Shown one piece after another: positions 19,101 through 27,036 of a stretch of 64,000 nt of DNA; positions within the stretch are counted from its first letter, which is position 1; every line of letters starts with the position of its first letter. The notes under the pieces are model-generated. The model made no database searches. It saw nothing but the letters and a program-made list of their open reading frames with translations, and had not been told where the DNA came from. The stretch lies in the IMG/VR virus record IMGVR_UViG_3300025732_000020, positions 32,001-96,000 of that record; one strand, written 5' to 3'. The position numbers and the translations under genes were made by a program. Source of the DNA: a virus.

Positions 19101-19984
19101 ACAACAGTAGGGTCTGAATATTCTTCTATTTTTGAATCTGATATAACCGAGTTGATATCAAATCCATTTTCCAAAAATCCATTATAATACTGCCTAACGT
19201 TTTTTTCAAAAACTTCTTTAAATTTTGCTGCTCGATTAAGTCTTTTGGAGACATACTTACTCCATTGGCTAGATTCAAAAAAATCTCTAGTCGGAGACCC
19301 GACGTCTGGATTTAATTTATAGAGATCTCCATTATATATAATTAAGTCTCTGTATGAAATTGATAATCTATATTCAGACTTGCCTATCTTTGAAGCTACT
19401 CTATTGTAACTTAATGGAGAATAAGATGAGGTATTAGATAGACTTTGAAACTCCTCCCAATATCTGCTTTGTGGAAAAAGAGTGTAAACTGTCTTTGAGT
19501 AATTATTTACCTCCTTTACAGAATAAATAAATTTATCTTCAGAGTATTGATATTCAGGCGCAGTCTGTAATACATCAAAAACTGTTGAAGAGAAAAAATC
19601 TTCGTTAATTATAAATTTAGTTATAATCTCCTTATACTGCTTAATTTTTAGTAAGAAAATTGAGTAATTTTCGGAGTAGTTTTTAGCGTACTTACTAAGT
19701 ACTGCAACAACCTCATCGTATATTTCTATTGGATATACTTCATCGACTCCTATTTCTAATATGGATTCAGTGATTATCTGCTTAAACGGACTTATAGATA
19801 CTGACTCATTATTTTCTAATCTGTTAAATATCTCTAAAAATAACTTTAGTGTAGAGTCTTTTAACTTTTTTCTTAGTAAATCAGTATTAATTTTTTTATA
19901 TTTTTTCTCATACGAAATGAACCCCTCCAAAATGATGGGAGAGAGTACCGGTCTTAATATTTCTACGAGATTTTGGCTCATCAA
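16097..19984 (-). CDS. Large hypothetical protein (1295 aa), Cys-rich C-terminus
   Basis: Long uninterrupted ORF heading the minus-strand operon; no family recognised. Confidence 0.7.
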   Translation of the reverse strand: MMSQNLVEILRPVLSPIILEGFISYEKKYKKINTDLLRKKLKDSTLKLFLEIFNRLENNESVSISPFKQIITESILEIGVDEVYPIEIYDEVVAVLSKYAKNYSENYSIFLLKIKQYKEIITKFIINEDFFSSTVFDVLQTAPEYQYSEDKFIYSVKEVNNYSKTVYTLFPQSRYWEEFQSLSNTSSYSPLSYNRVASKIGKSEYRLSISYRDLIIYNGDLYKLNPDVGSPTRDFFESSQWSKYVSKRLNRAAKFKEVFEKNVRQYYNGFLENGFDINSVISDSKIEEYSDPTVVNEELLTVTFGGEGKSILQGINSLKIFSDYIGSYEGSIIGGIQYISKYSQYLFGAAYGRLNSDVFATINNESSFGKFDVLFAGATSLNKIPGLNFLNSFLKLKSFIHGQKVPDDTFIENKTLTYNSIYAQFKDGLKDRYTAEIKANSYTIPPSVDLLSSAINTLYSRCLYLGDLVQSMLSSLDLTGKLPGSEGLGSIEPQLKELQRVFPPSPYMESLREGPKPGMSGVIKFIKESYDQLYSTFIYTQLPGNPLEFLLKITAAVNDQINGIYESISRLSISSFEYIPNISNISFQGQNTVLISFLRSLGFSESEINKVISINNFSDLITSFAPISNSDDLKSFFKGFELSQLIYQIGGQDGIDAYLSFLYSVSDVDGLLNILSLAQKDPSKATYINISKYPRLIGLLIGLTYAIDPNQIIKFTKILGQNNLTLLESIAYLFQSGQENIIKSKDEINLLSGIIDQIIQGNYQDGLMSPSLDYAQTNSLAPIALKEWTEVIGDNLGNISSEKLINALYDKAVGLTPKELITLLGETSPTTALGQILDGFNGGNFTKFIQYANLTGLGIRLGTYKNSQQLNNFKLQSDPLQSNILTLLEGFESISKSLRIVENVLKSSLDYSSLTVLSNKFKALINSQNKSFDTLNQTVIDILSSSDDNPELAITAGNSPIVESPGIGNSRLPNRIPIVNSITPEQYRVLFNTPINNVNFTEVIKQSPEIIINNFFKISEENKLANLISNTYETGSNPNTQVVDTKAWSPSSEYETIPMSINIPKMEYMTPPLYKEAGEVPEIENSILGVSYIPKKEIMANLPQEILKVFDPIVSCQRFGGKECTDIYGNLADRCVPSINKSLYPEEYKTVPGTSVGSISVDRPLGSFLEFKPSESLVPTSSFSSPPAYVSLLENKINGFGEKGEPILKGISSTPIKFSYGGGEVSEFNNTEFAIIEGIKAKLEKSSEFDCATFKSPFEYQMCMNIVKCKKFATPSNGKYYLDFCPRTLSGGRLK

Positions 19985-19996
19985 TTTAGATGCTTT

Positions 19997-20023
19997 TTTA
20001 AACTTTAAACTTTAAGTTTAAAG
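19997..20023. promoter_or_regulatory. Divergent GTTTAAA cluster
   Basis: TTTAAAC twice (19997-20003, 20004-20010; tandem GTTTAAA on minus) and GTTTAAAG at 20016-20023 on plus, in a 61-nt divergent gap. Confidence 0.6.
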
Positions 20024-20045
20024 CTATTGGACTTAAATTGATCCA

Positions 20046-20495
20046 ATGCAATCAAAAATCTCTGTACTTCTTCTTAAGGGCAAAAATGTCAGTGAAACTT
20101 CAGACATGAATAAGATGGCTGTGCATCTTGAGCAAGTATTAGCAGAAAAGGACGGAGTTGAATTAAAAACCCGCCAAGGACTTACCGATGCAGTGGTTAA
20201 ATCCGCAGACTTTATCATATTTTGTGGATATGATTGTGGGATACTTTCAGAAATCTTTAAAGCATCTGGAGTTATAGAGGGTCTTGACGGTAAAGAAGGG
20301 CCAATTTTATTCCTTTATGAGGAACCTGGCAATTCAATTTATGAACATATTGACCGTATTTTAACCGCTGGCATGGATCTTAATAGAGTAGATTCTAAGA
20401 TTTTTGACAAAATCGTTGACACCAATAATCACCGTGATATAATTGGTTATATCGACGCCTATCTACGGAAACTTGGAAGTTCAACAGTTGCTTAG
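20046..20495 (+). CDS. Hypothetical protein, weak resemblance to the LOG/SLOG family C-terminal half
   Basis: SADFIIFCGYDCGILSEIF...GPILFLYE aligns by eye with DAFIALPGGxGTLEELF...KPIILLN; catalytic motif degenerate. Confidence 0.35.
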   Translation: MQSKISVLLLKGKNVSETSDMNKMAVHLEQVLAEKDGVELKTRQGLTDAVVKSADFIIFCGYDCGILSEIFKASGVIEGLDGKEGPILFLYEEPGNSIYEHIDRILTAGMDLNRVDSKIFDKIVDTNNHRDIIGYIDAYLRKLGSSTVA

Positions 20496-21450
20496 TATCG
20501 CTTCAGAATTAAAAGGCGAGTCGGCTTATGAGATAATCTTAAATAAGTTAATAGATTACGATCGTTGGAAAACTGAAGCGACATTTGCTCATGAATTAAA
20601 ATTAGAAGAACTGAGACTTAATGCCTCGTCTTCACGTCGGTCATCTTTGGTAAAACTTGATTCTGAATTTTCAGAAGAAGATAAAAAATTTAATATCCTC
20701 AGCTCATATGGAGCCTGTACTGAAAAGCATCTTGGGATGATATCCAAGACAAGAATTTGGGAAGGTGCTACTGAACAAGCAACTAAACTCTTTGAGAGTT
20801 GGTATTTTCATATAAGAGAGAATAACGTTCTACCACTCAAGGATTTAAAAGAAGGGCGGATTAAAATGCTTCTTCTTTTATTCCTTTGGGCGTCTGGATG
20901 TTCTCATAGGGCTGCAAAATGGCCAGATGCCCCCGATATTAATTATGTTACTCCATTGAAAAAAGAAATGGAGGAAAGACTTTCTAAGTTTAGTAAGCAT
21001 AGTATTGTTGCTGCTTATGAGTCGTTAAAAGTTTTTTGGAAAGAGATTAATGATTATGAGCAATGTCCGTTCAATGTTACCCTCATTGGAGAAGTTCTAG
21101 ATGAAGCATACACGTATGTCTCTGAAAAGACTACCGAAGAAAATAAATATGATATTAAAAACTCGCCGTTATTCTCAGAATTTGAAAAAACCTTCCCTTA
21201 TGTTTCTTTGGAGATTTTGGAAAAGTATTATACGAAAAACCGTAGAAACTTTGTAGCCGCTGGCGTGGGGGCTTTGAGAAAAGTCTTTACTACAACTCTC
21301 CCAGAGGAACTAGAACATAAGTATTCTATCTCTGAATGGCCAAAGAAGTGGCATCTTCATATCGCTACTTTTGAAGAAAAGTGGCAAAAACAACTTTATG
21401 ACATTATGAACTCTACCCGTGAGGAACAAGAAAAATGGAAAAAGGAGTAA
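20443..21450 (+). CDS. Hypothetical protein (start uncertain)
   Basis: 335 aa ORF from a TTG overlapping the upstream gene; the true start may be further downstream. Confidence 0.65.
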   Translation: MVISTPIYGNLEVQQLLSIASELKGESAYEIILNKLIDYDRWKTEATFAHELKLEELRLNASSSRRSSLVKLDSEFSEEDKKFNILSSYGACTEKHLGMISKTRIWEGATEQATKLFESWYFHIRENNVLPLKDLKEGRIKMLLLLFLWASGCSHRAAKWPDAPDINYVTPLKKEMEERLSKFSKHSIVAAYESLKVFWKEINDYEQCPFNVTLIGEVLDEAYTYVSEKTTEENKYDIKNSPLFSEFEKTFPYVSLEILEKYYTKNRRNFVAAGVGALRKVFTTTLPEELEHKYSISEWPKKWHLHIATFEEKWQKQLYDIMNSTREEQEKWKKE

Positions 21451-21626
21451 ATGTTTTAACTGCAGGACAGAATGTAATTGTCGATGGTGCCGAAGAGGCA
21501 ATCGAACGCTATGAAAAAGGAGAGATTACAGCCGAAGAGCTCCGTGATATTATCCTTACTCTTGATGTAGTCTATATCGATCAGTCTAAGTTTAAAGATA
21601 AAAAAGATAATGAATCCCTAGAGTAG
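21435..21626 (+). CDS. Small hypothetical protein
   Basis: 63 aa ORF filling the gap before the portal gene; contains a GEITAEEL helix motif. Confidence 0.55.
   Translation: MEKGVNVLTAGQNVIVDGAEEAIERYEKGEITAEELRDIILTLDVVYIDQSKFKDKKDNESLE
21590..21597 (+). promoter_or_regulatory. GTTTAAAG motif upstream of portal
   Basis: About 38 nt before the portal ATG, inside the 3' end of the small ORF. Confidence 0.45.
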
Positions 21627-21634
21627 GTAAAAGA

Positions 21635-23578
21635 ATGGCAGACGATCGCCCTTCGATAATGAAACCCAAAACAGGATATTATGACAGATACTTCGGTCTA
21701 GGAGTAGGTCAGGGCGGTCTTGCTGGGTACAAAGCAGATCCTTACGCATTTGCGGGTAATGGATATATCACAGGTGGTACGATCCTTCCTCGTCGTGATG
21801 ATATCCTTATTGAGGAAGGTGGTGGTGGGCCTCGAGCAATCGAGAAATATATGCGGCTGTTCAATGACAGCCAAACTATATCCGCATGGGAGAAGTTAAC
21901 AGGAGAGATTATCCAGCGTAAATGGGAAGTAGATCCTGCTAGTCCCTCAGACCGCGATGAGGAAGTAGCAGAGTTTGTCCGTCAGGTACTCTACCGTATG
22001 GGGACAAATACTCGCCAAGCATATGGTAAAGAAATGCTGGTGAGTTCTAACTCGGCATTTGATACTTTCATCAGAGGACTGTGTGAATCACTGATTCTGG
22101 GGATCAGTATTGGTGAGATTTGCTGGATGAGACAAGGAAACTATATCGTCCCGTCCGAGATTAAAATTCGTGATCCAAGAAGGTTTCTTTTTGTTCTCAA
22201 TGAGGATGGTACCATCTCCCCGCGCCTACTCACAGTAGAGAGTTCCGTAGAAGGCATTCCTCTGCCCCTCCGTTCTATGATTATCCATAGGCACTGGTGC
22301 TACAGTAACTTTATGGATCCTTACGGTACGGGTCTTGGTCGCCAGCTCTATAGCCTTGTAGAATTCAGACGGACGTTAATGTCTTTCTGGTTACAATACG
22401 CTGATAAGCATACCACCCCCACCGCAGTGGGTAAGTTCTCTCTTGGCACACCTGAGGATGAAGTAAATGCTTTATTTACTGCTCTTCAACGCCTGGGTCA
22501 AGAAACCGCGATCGTTGTCCCCGATGAGATGGATATTAGTTGGTTAGAAAGCCAAGGCCGCTCAGAGGTATATGAGAAGTTGATCGAATATGTTGATCAA
22601 CAGATCAGTTTTGTGATTAATGGGGAGAACACTGTTGGTCAAGAGACCGGCAATGTTGGGTCGTATGCCAGAGATCAAGTTTCGGATTCTGTTCGGATGC
22701 GCAAGGCTAAAGCGTTCTCTGAGGAACTTGATGAGACACTCAATGCTACTTTGATCCGTTGGATTGTTGAACTTAACTATCCAGGTGCTCCTGTTCCTAG
22801 ACTTCGTAGGAATTTTGATGATCTGGAGCAGAGAGAGGACCCAGTTAAGATTGTTCAAATGCTTACCCAACTTCAAGCTATTGGGTACGAGGTCAAGGAT
22901 CTTGATTGGGTAAGAGACAAACTCGAGATCCCGTCTCTAGGCAAAATGGACATGGGTGCTATGGGTGGTGGAATGCCTGGTGCTCCTGGAGCAATGCCAC
23001 CTGGCCCCGATCAAGCCCCAATGGCAGAGGATAAAAACCCAGAAGATGTGGAAAATGGGTCAATGGGTGCATTTGGAGCCGATCCAACTTCTCATCTTGA
23101 TCTATTTGATTTTTCAGAGTTCGATGAGGAAAATGATCTCGCGGATAAGACTCAGAAGGACAAAGTAGCTAAGATTATCGCTTCTAAGTTCGATGGAGGA
23201 CTTGATGATATTGGATTCCAGAGAATTGTTTCCACAGGAAACTCTGAGACTGATGCATCTAACTCGCGTCTCCGTATCGATGAGTATACTTCGCCTGGCG
23301 AAATTGCTCATGTGGCTAGAAGAATCATCGAAGAAATCAAAAAAGTTCCATATATCTCCCCAGAAGACTCAGTGATGAGCAGTTCTTTTGATATGGAACT
23401 TGCGAGTATTGAAAGTCAGATCAGAGTAGATAGGATCAGTGAATGTGATATCCAAAAACTTATTGATCTCTATAAAAAGATTTATCGTCTCAATCGCAGA
23501 GCAGTCTATAAAGAGTGTGTGGTGGTAGATTGCCAAAAAGCTGGTTATATGAAGTATTTTGCTCCGTACTTTATGTAA
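21635..23578 (+). CDS. Portal protein (DUF935 / Mu gp29-like) with C-terminal extension
   Basis: QRKWEVDP, KIRDPRRF, HRHW...DPYGTGLGRQLY, PTAVGKF, YEKLIEYVDQQISFVING, LIRWIVELNYPG match DUF935 portal hallmarks. Confidence 0.88.
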   Translation: MADDRPSIMKPKTGYYDRYFGLGVGQGGLAGYKADPYAFAGNGYITGGTILPRRDDILIEEGGGGPRAIEKYMRLFNDSQTISAWEKLTGEIIQRKWEVDPASPSDRDEEVAEFVRQVLYRMGTNTRQAYGKEMLVSSNSAFDTFIRGLCESLILGISIGEICWMRQGNYIVPSEIKIRDPRRFLFVLNEDGTISPRLLTVESSVEGIPLPLRSMIIHRHWCYSNFMDPYGTGLGRQLYSLVEFRRTLMSFWLQYADKHTTPTAVGKFSLGTPEDEVNALFTALQRLGQETAIVVPDEMDISWLESQGRSEVYEKLIEYVDQQISFVINGENTVGQETGNVGSYARDQVSDSVRMRKAKAFSEELDETLNATLIRWIVELNYPGAPVPRLRRNFDDLEQREDPVKIVQMLTQLQAIGYEVKDLDWVRDKLEIPSLGKMDMGAMGGGMPGAPGAMPPGPDQAPMAEDKNPEDVENGSMGAFGADPTSHLDLFDFSEFDEENDLADKTQKDKVAKIIASKFDGGLDDIGFQRIVSTGNSETDASNSRLRIDEYTSPGEIAHVARRIIEEIKKVPYISPEDSVMSSSFDMELASIESQIRVDRISECDIQKLIDLYKKIYRLNRRAVYKECVVVDCQKAGYMKYFAPYFM

Positions 23579-23587
23579 TATGGCTTA

Positions 23588-23594
23588 GTTTAAA
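23588..23594 (+). promoter_or_regulatory. GTTTAAA motif upstream of tail tube
   Basis: Intergenic, 33 nt before the ATG at 23628. Confidence 0.55.
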
Positions 23595-23627
23595 TATACA
23601 TTAGATATAACGTTTAGTTATCCCATC

Positions 23628-24056
23628 ATGCTAAATTATAAGCCCGTAGCTCAATCACAATTTTGGATTCAGGCTTCTCCATTCGCACATTATTTTACAA
23701 ATTTTAGTGGAATTAGAGACACAGCCGGAACATCTCAATATGCCGATGGCGTAAGAGGCCGTATCTTCAATATCCGTGGTCCTCGTACTCTTTCAGAAGT
23801 AACTATCTCGGTTCCTTTCGATCCTGAGAAGCACGCGGATGTAGTCGACTTCTGGAAAGCTTACGGTTGTGAGTTTGTAACTCTAACCATTACTCCTGTC
23901 TCCTGTGGCGAAGATCCTCAACCCCTTGGTCAACGTACTATCACTATTCCTGATGCTCAAATGACGGGCCTTAATTTTGGTACCGCCGATCGTACTTCTT
24001 CAAATGTTTCCACTATTGAACTAACGTTCGTAATGGATACATTTACCTACAACTGA
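23628..24056 (+). CDS. Tail tube protein
   Basis: 142 aa; FTNFSGI...YADG...GPRTLSEVTISVPFDP...TITLT...IELTF fits the contractile-tail tube fold pattern (T4 gp19-like superfamily). Confidence 0.72.
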   Translation: MLNYKPVAQSQFWIQASPFAHYFTNFSGIRDTAGTSQYADGVRGRIFNIRGPRTLSEVTISVPFDPEKHADVVDFWKAYGCEFVTLTITPVSCGEDPQPLGQRTITIPDAQMTGLNFGTADRTSSNVSTIELTFVMDTFTYN

Positions 24057-24078
24057 TTCTTACTCACGAGGTTGAAGC

Positions 24079-25119
24079 ATGTCTCTTTCCAACCTCTATT
24101 TTAGGGGATGTTTTAATCAGCCTTCTCAAGAGCAAGTTGATGCTATTGAATCAATACCTAATGGAAATGTCGAAGGGACAGTAGTAGATAAGTCTTGTTT
24201 TAGAGAAGATCTAAATACTTGTGGGATTAGTATCCAAGATCTTTTTAATACATATTCTATTTATTCAGCTCAAAAGGGTTTGTATAAAAATTGGGGAGAT
24301 ATTAAGTTCCCTTGGAAGATTTTAACTACTACTCCTAATTTACTCATTAGTCAAACTAATGATAAGTGGGAGATAAGCACTTATAGGGAAGTTACTTCTT
24401 ATGAAGAAGGCGATAAAGTTCTTTATATAGAAAATGATGGATATGAAGTTTCTTTATATGAGGCTATTACAGATATACCGTCCTTACCTGGAATTTTCGA
24501 TCATTATAAATGGAATAAAAAGTGTAGTGTTAAAACGGTAAAACCCGTAGGTTTACCAACACTTGAGGAATTATATTCCCGCTATAAAGAATATGCCCTT
24601 GAAGTATATAATTCTGAGTGGGGTAATATTGAGATAGGTTGGTCCCAGCCTACTTCAGCACTTTGGAAGAATGCTCAGTCTAAAAGGAACAATTTTTATT
24701 TAAATGGAGATATCACTCTCGTAGAGCAAGAGTGTGGTGATATTGTATGTACATATATTGCTATCAGAGATATCCCAGTAAATGACTTTGTAATAGAAGA
24801 ATACGTAGGAAAAAAATTCTCACAGTCAATTTACTTATCTAAAGAAGATAAAGATTTAGGTGTATTAACTCCAGTTTGGGAAAAACTATATTGCGTACAA
24901 ACTCAAAGAAATAAATGTCTTGAATATCAAAGGAAAAAAGAACCAGAGCTAGGATATGATCTCTTGGAGATAGGATCACGTGGCCATTTTGTAGAAGTTC
25001 CTGTTCCATACAGACTACGTCCACCGGAGTCAACTCTTAATAGTAAAGCTGAGACAAAAGAACCTCCAAAAGTGTTAACTCAAGAGGAAATTGACTCCCT
25101 TCCAGAACCTAAGGAGTAA
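24079..25119 (+). CDS. Hypothetical virion protein with two short YxxGD-type repeats
   Basis: SYEEGDKVLY...LYEAITDI and FYLNGDITLV...TYIAIRDI; directly after the tube gene. Confidence 0.55.
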   Translation: MSLSNLYFRGCFNQPSQEQVDAIESIPNGNVEGTVVDKSCFREDLNTCGISIQDLFNTYSIYSAQKGLYKNWGDIKFPWKILTTTPNLLISQTNDKWEISTYREVTSYEEGDKVLYIENDGYEVSLYEAITDIPSLPGIFDHYKWNKKCSVKTVKPVGLPTLEELYSRYKEYALEVYNSEWGNIEIGWSQPTSALWKNAQSKRNNFYLNGDITLVEQECGDIVCTYIAIRDIPVNDFVIEEYVGKKFSQSIYLSKEDKDLGVLTPVWEKLYCVQTQRNKCLEYQRKKEPELGYDLLEIGSRGHFVEVPVPYRLRPPESTLNSKAETKEPPKVLTQEEIDSLPEPKE

Positions 25120-25126
25120 TATACGT

Positions 25127-26077
25127 ATGGCAAAAGTATTTGGAGGAGGAGGAAGTTCGCTCCCCAGCGGAAGTAACGGAGCATCAAGTACCCTTGGAAG
25201 AGGAGGAAATTTTTCATCTGGAAGTAATAGAGTCACTGATAATACAAAAGTATTTGGAAGAACAAGTTCTCCACCGTGCTCCGATAGCGGAGTAAGTAAG
25301 ATTATTCCTACCTCTTCTGAAGCGTTAAGAACTGACCAAATTCAGTCTTTTTCTTCTTCTCCAAATTCTTATTCTAAAGGTCAGTCAGTAAGTGGCGATA
25401 TAAATGCTAAGGATTTTTACAATAAGTCCGAGATACAAAAACTTCTAAAAATTAAAGCTGATATTTCTTCCGTTTATACGAAAGATGAAACAGATGATGC
25501 TCTGACATCATTAGAGTTAAGAATTAACCAGTCCCTTATTGATTTTATTACTGAAGCTGAAGTAAATGCTAAAGTATCTGCTTCTTACGACAGTATCCTC
25601 TCATATCTTTCTCAAAATTATTATACTAATTCACAGACTTATTCTAAGAGTCAAGTAGATAGCCTTATCTCTTCACTTAGTCTAGAGGGTGATTTTCTAG
25701 TAAATCAACCTTCTACAACTGCTAGTAATACTATAAATCCTGGGGTTAATAACGCTATTCCTCTCACTCTTGTAGCTTCTACTAATCCGAGTGTTACTAC
25801 GATTCAAAATTGGGTAGATAATCAATCCAATCTAGTGGGAAGAATTAAGACCTCTGGCAGAGTCGAATTTTATCGAGATATGGTAATAGGACAAAATACC
25901 TCATTATCAAGTCCAGCTCTTGATGTTAGTAGCCGGAGAATTGCTAGTGTAGCTGATCCGATAAATCCTTCCGATGCGGTTAATAAGAATTATGTAGAAG
26001 GATATATTGCCGAGATTATTGATAATATAGTCCAAGGAGAAGATAAGAGTTATATCGTTGATGCATTGGTGTACTAA
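25127..26077 (+). CDS. Hypothetical fibre-base/structural protein
   Basis: ATG at 25127 with AAGGAG at 25111; Ser/Gly-rich N-terminus, YxKxE/Q repeats, RIASVADPINPSDAVNKNYVE stalk motif typical of trimeric fibres. Confidence 0.6.
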   Translation: MAKVFGGGGSSLPSGSNGASSTLGRGGNFSSGSNRVTDNTKVFGRTSSPPCSDSGVSKIIPTSSEALRTDQIQSFSSSPNSYSKGQSVSGDINAKDFYNKSEIQKLLKIKADISSVYTKDETDDALTSLELRINQSLIDFITEAEVNAKVSASYDSILSYLSQNYYTNSQTYSKSQVDSLISSLSLEGDFLVNQPSTTASNTINPGVNNAIPLTLVASTNPSVTTIQNWVDNQSNLVGRIKTSGRVEFYRDMVIGQNTSLSSPALDVSSRRIASVADPINPSDAVNKNYVEGYIAEIIDNIVQGEDKSYIVDALVY

Positions 26078-26079
26078 TT

Positions 26080-27000
26080 ATGTCAGAATTAAGAGATAAA
26101 ATACTTTTACGTAGGTCTTCTCAGTTTTCAAAAAGACCTTCTCTTTTTGACATAGAGAATGGGGAACTAGCGCTCAACTTTAATAGCGAAGAGCCAGGTC
26201 TTTATTTTAAAGATTTTTCTGAATCGACAGGCACTCAATCTATTAGAAAAATAGGACCGCCTCATATGGGTCCTATACCTCCTAATAGTTTTGCGGAAGA
26301 ACTAGGATTTCCAGTTAAATTATCACATGCTGAAACTTGGATTGATACTAGTTTAGGACAAAACATAAGAATTTTAAGAGTATGGGATGATATAAGTAAT
26401 TCTTGGGAGGAAGTTTCAGGAGGAGGCGCCAAGTCGTATCTTTCATTAGATCAGTTTTTAGATGGATCCGATGGAAGCAATATAGTTCACACTGATGGTC
26501 TTAATTTAAAAATAAATAATAAAATTGCTTTATCTGGATATGCTACGACTACCGGTAATAAACTCGTAATCAACGAGGGCAGCGAATTTGCCAATGGAGT
26601 TGAATTACATGGCCCGAGTATACTAATAAAAAATCTTGAGTCGGATGCTAACCTTCAGATTCAAGTTGATACTTTAACTGTCCCAGAAAATGATTTTGTT
26701 CCGTTAGTAATAGGGGGGTTTGATCTTACATTTAGATCAGCTAAATTTATCATCCAGGTAGAGGGATTTACACAAAATAATGCGCAGCATGTTTACTATG
26801 TAATGGAGTCTCTTATCATCCATGACAATTTCAATGTTTTTATGACTCAGTATGGAATAGTTAGTACTATCAATAACGAAGTTCTTGGAAGTATTGATGC
26901 TTCGATACAGGGTGGGAAAGTAAAACTTACATTTCAAAGATTTCCAAATATTACTTCAGAAATAAAGGTAAGTACGACTTGCCAGTGCCTGTCGGTTTAA
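26080..27000 (+). CDS. Fibre-associated protein
   Basis: N-terminal ILLRRSS...GELALNFN anchor; C-terminal FRSAKFIIQV...LIIHDNFNVFMTQYG domain shared with the next gene. Confidence 0.65.
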   Translation: MSELRDKILLRRSSQFSKRPSLFDIENGELALNFNSEEPGLYFKDFSESTGTQSIRKIGPPHMGPIPPNSFAEELGFPVKLSHAETWIDTSLGQNIRILRVWDDISNSWEEVSGGGAKSYLSLDQFLDGSDGSNIVHTDGLNLKINNKIALSGYATTTGNKLVINEGSEFANGVELHGPSILIKNLESDANLQIQVDTLTVPENDFVPLVIGGFDLTFRSAKFIIQVEGFTQNNAQHVYYVMESLIIHDNFNVFMTQYGIVSTINNEVLGSIDASIQGGKVKLTFQRFPNITSEIKVSTTCQCLSV

Positions 27001-27002
27001 AG
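26995..27002 (+). promoter_or_regulatory. GTTTAAAG motif overlapping a stop codon
   Basis: About 35 nt upstream of the fibre ATG at 27037. Confidence 0.45.
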
Positions 27003-27036
27003 ATAGGCAGATAAATTCTCTTCTCTCTTATAATGC

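Noticed and set aside
16097-19984. Calling this ORF the tape measure protein
   Set aside because: It is not adjacent to the chaperones or tube, has no obvious periodic Trp/Phe or Ala/Gly helical repeats, and has a Cys-rich C-terminus; left as hypothetical.
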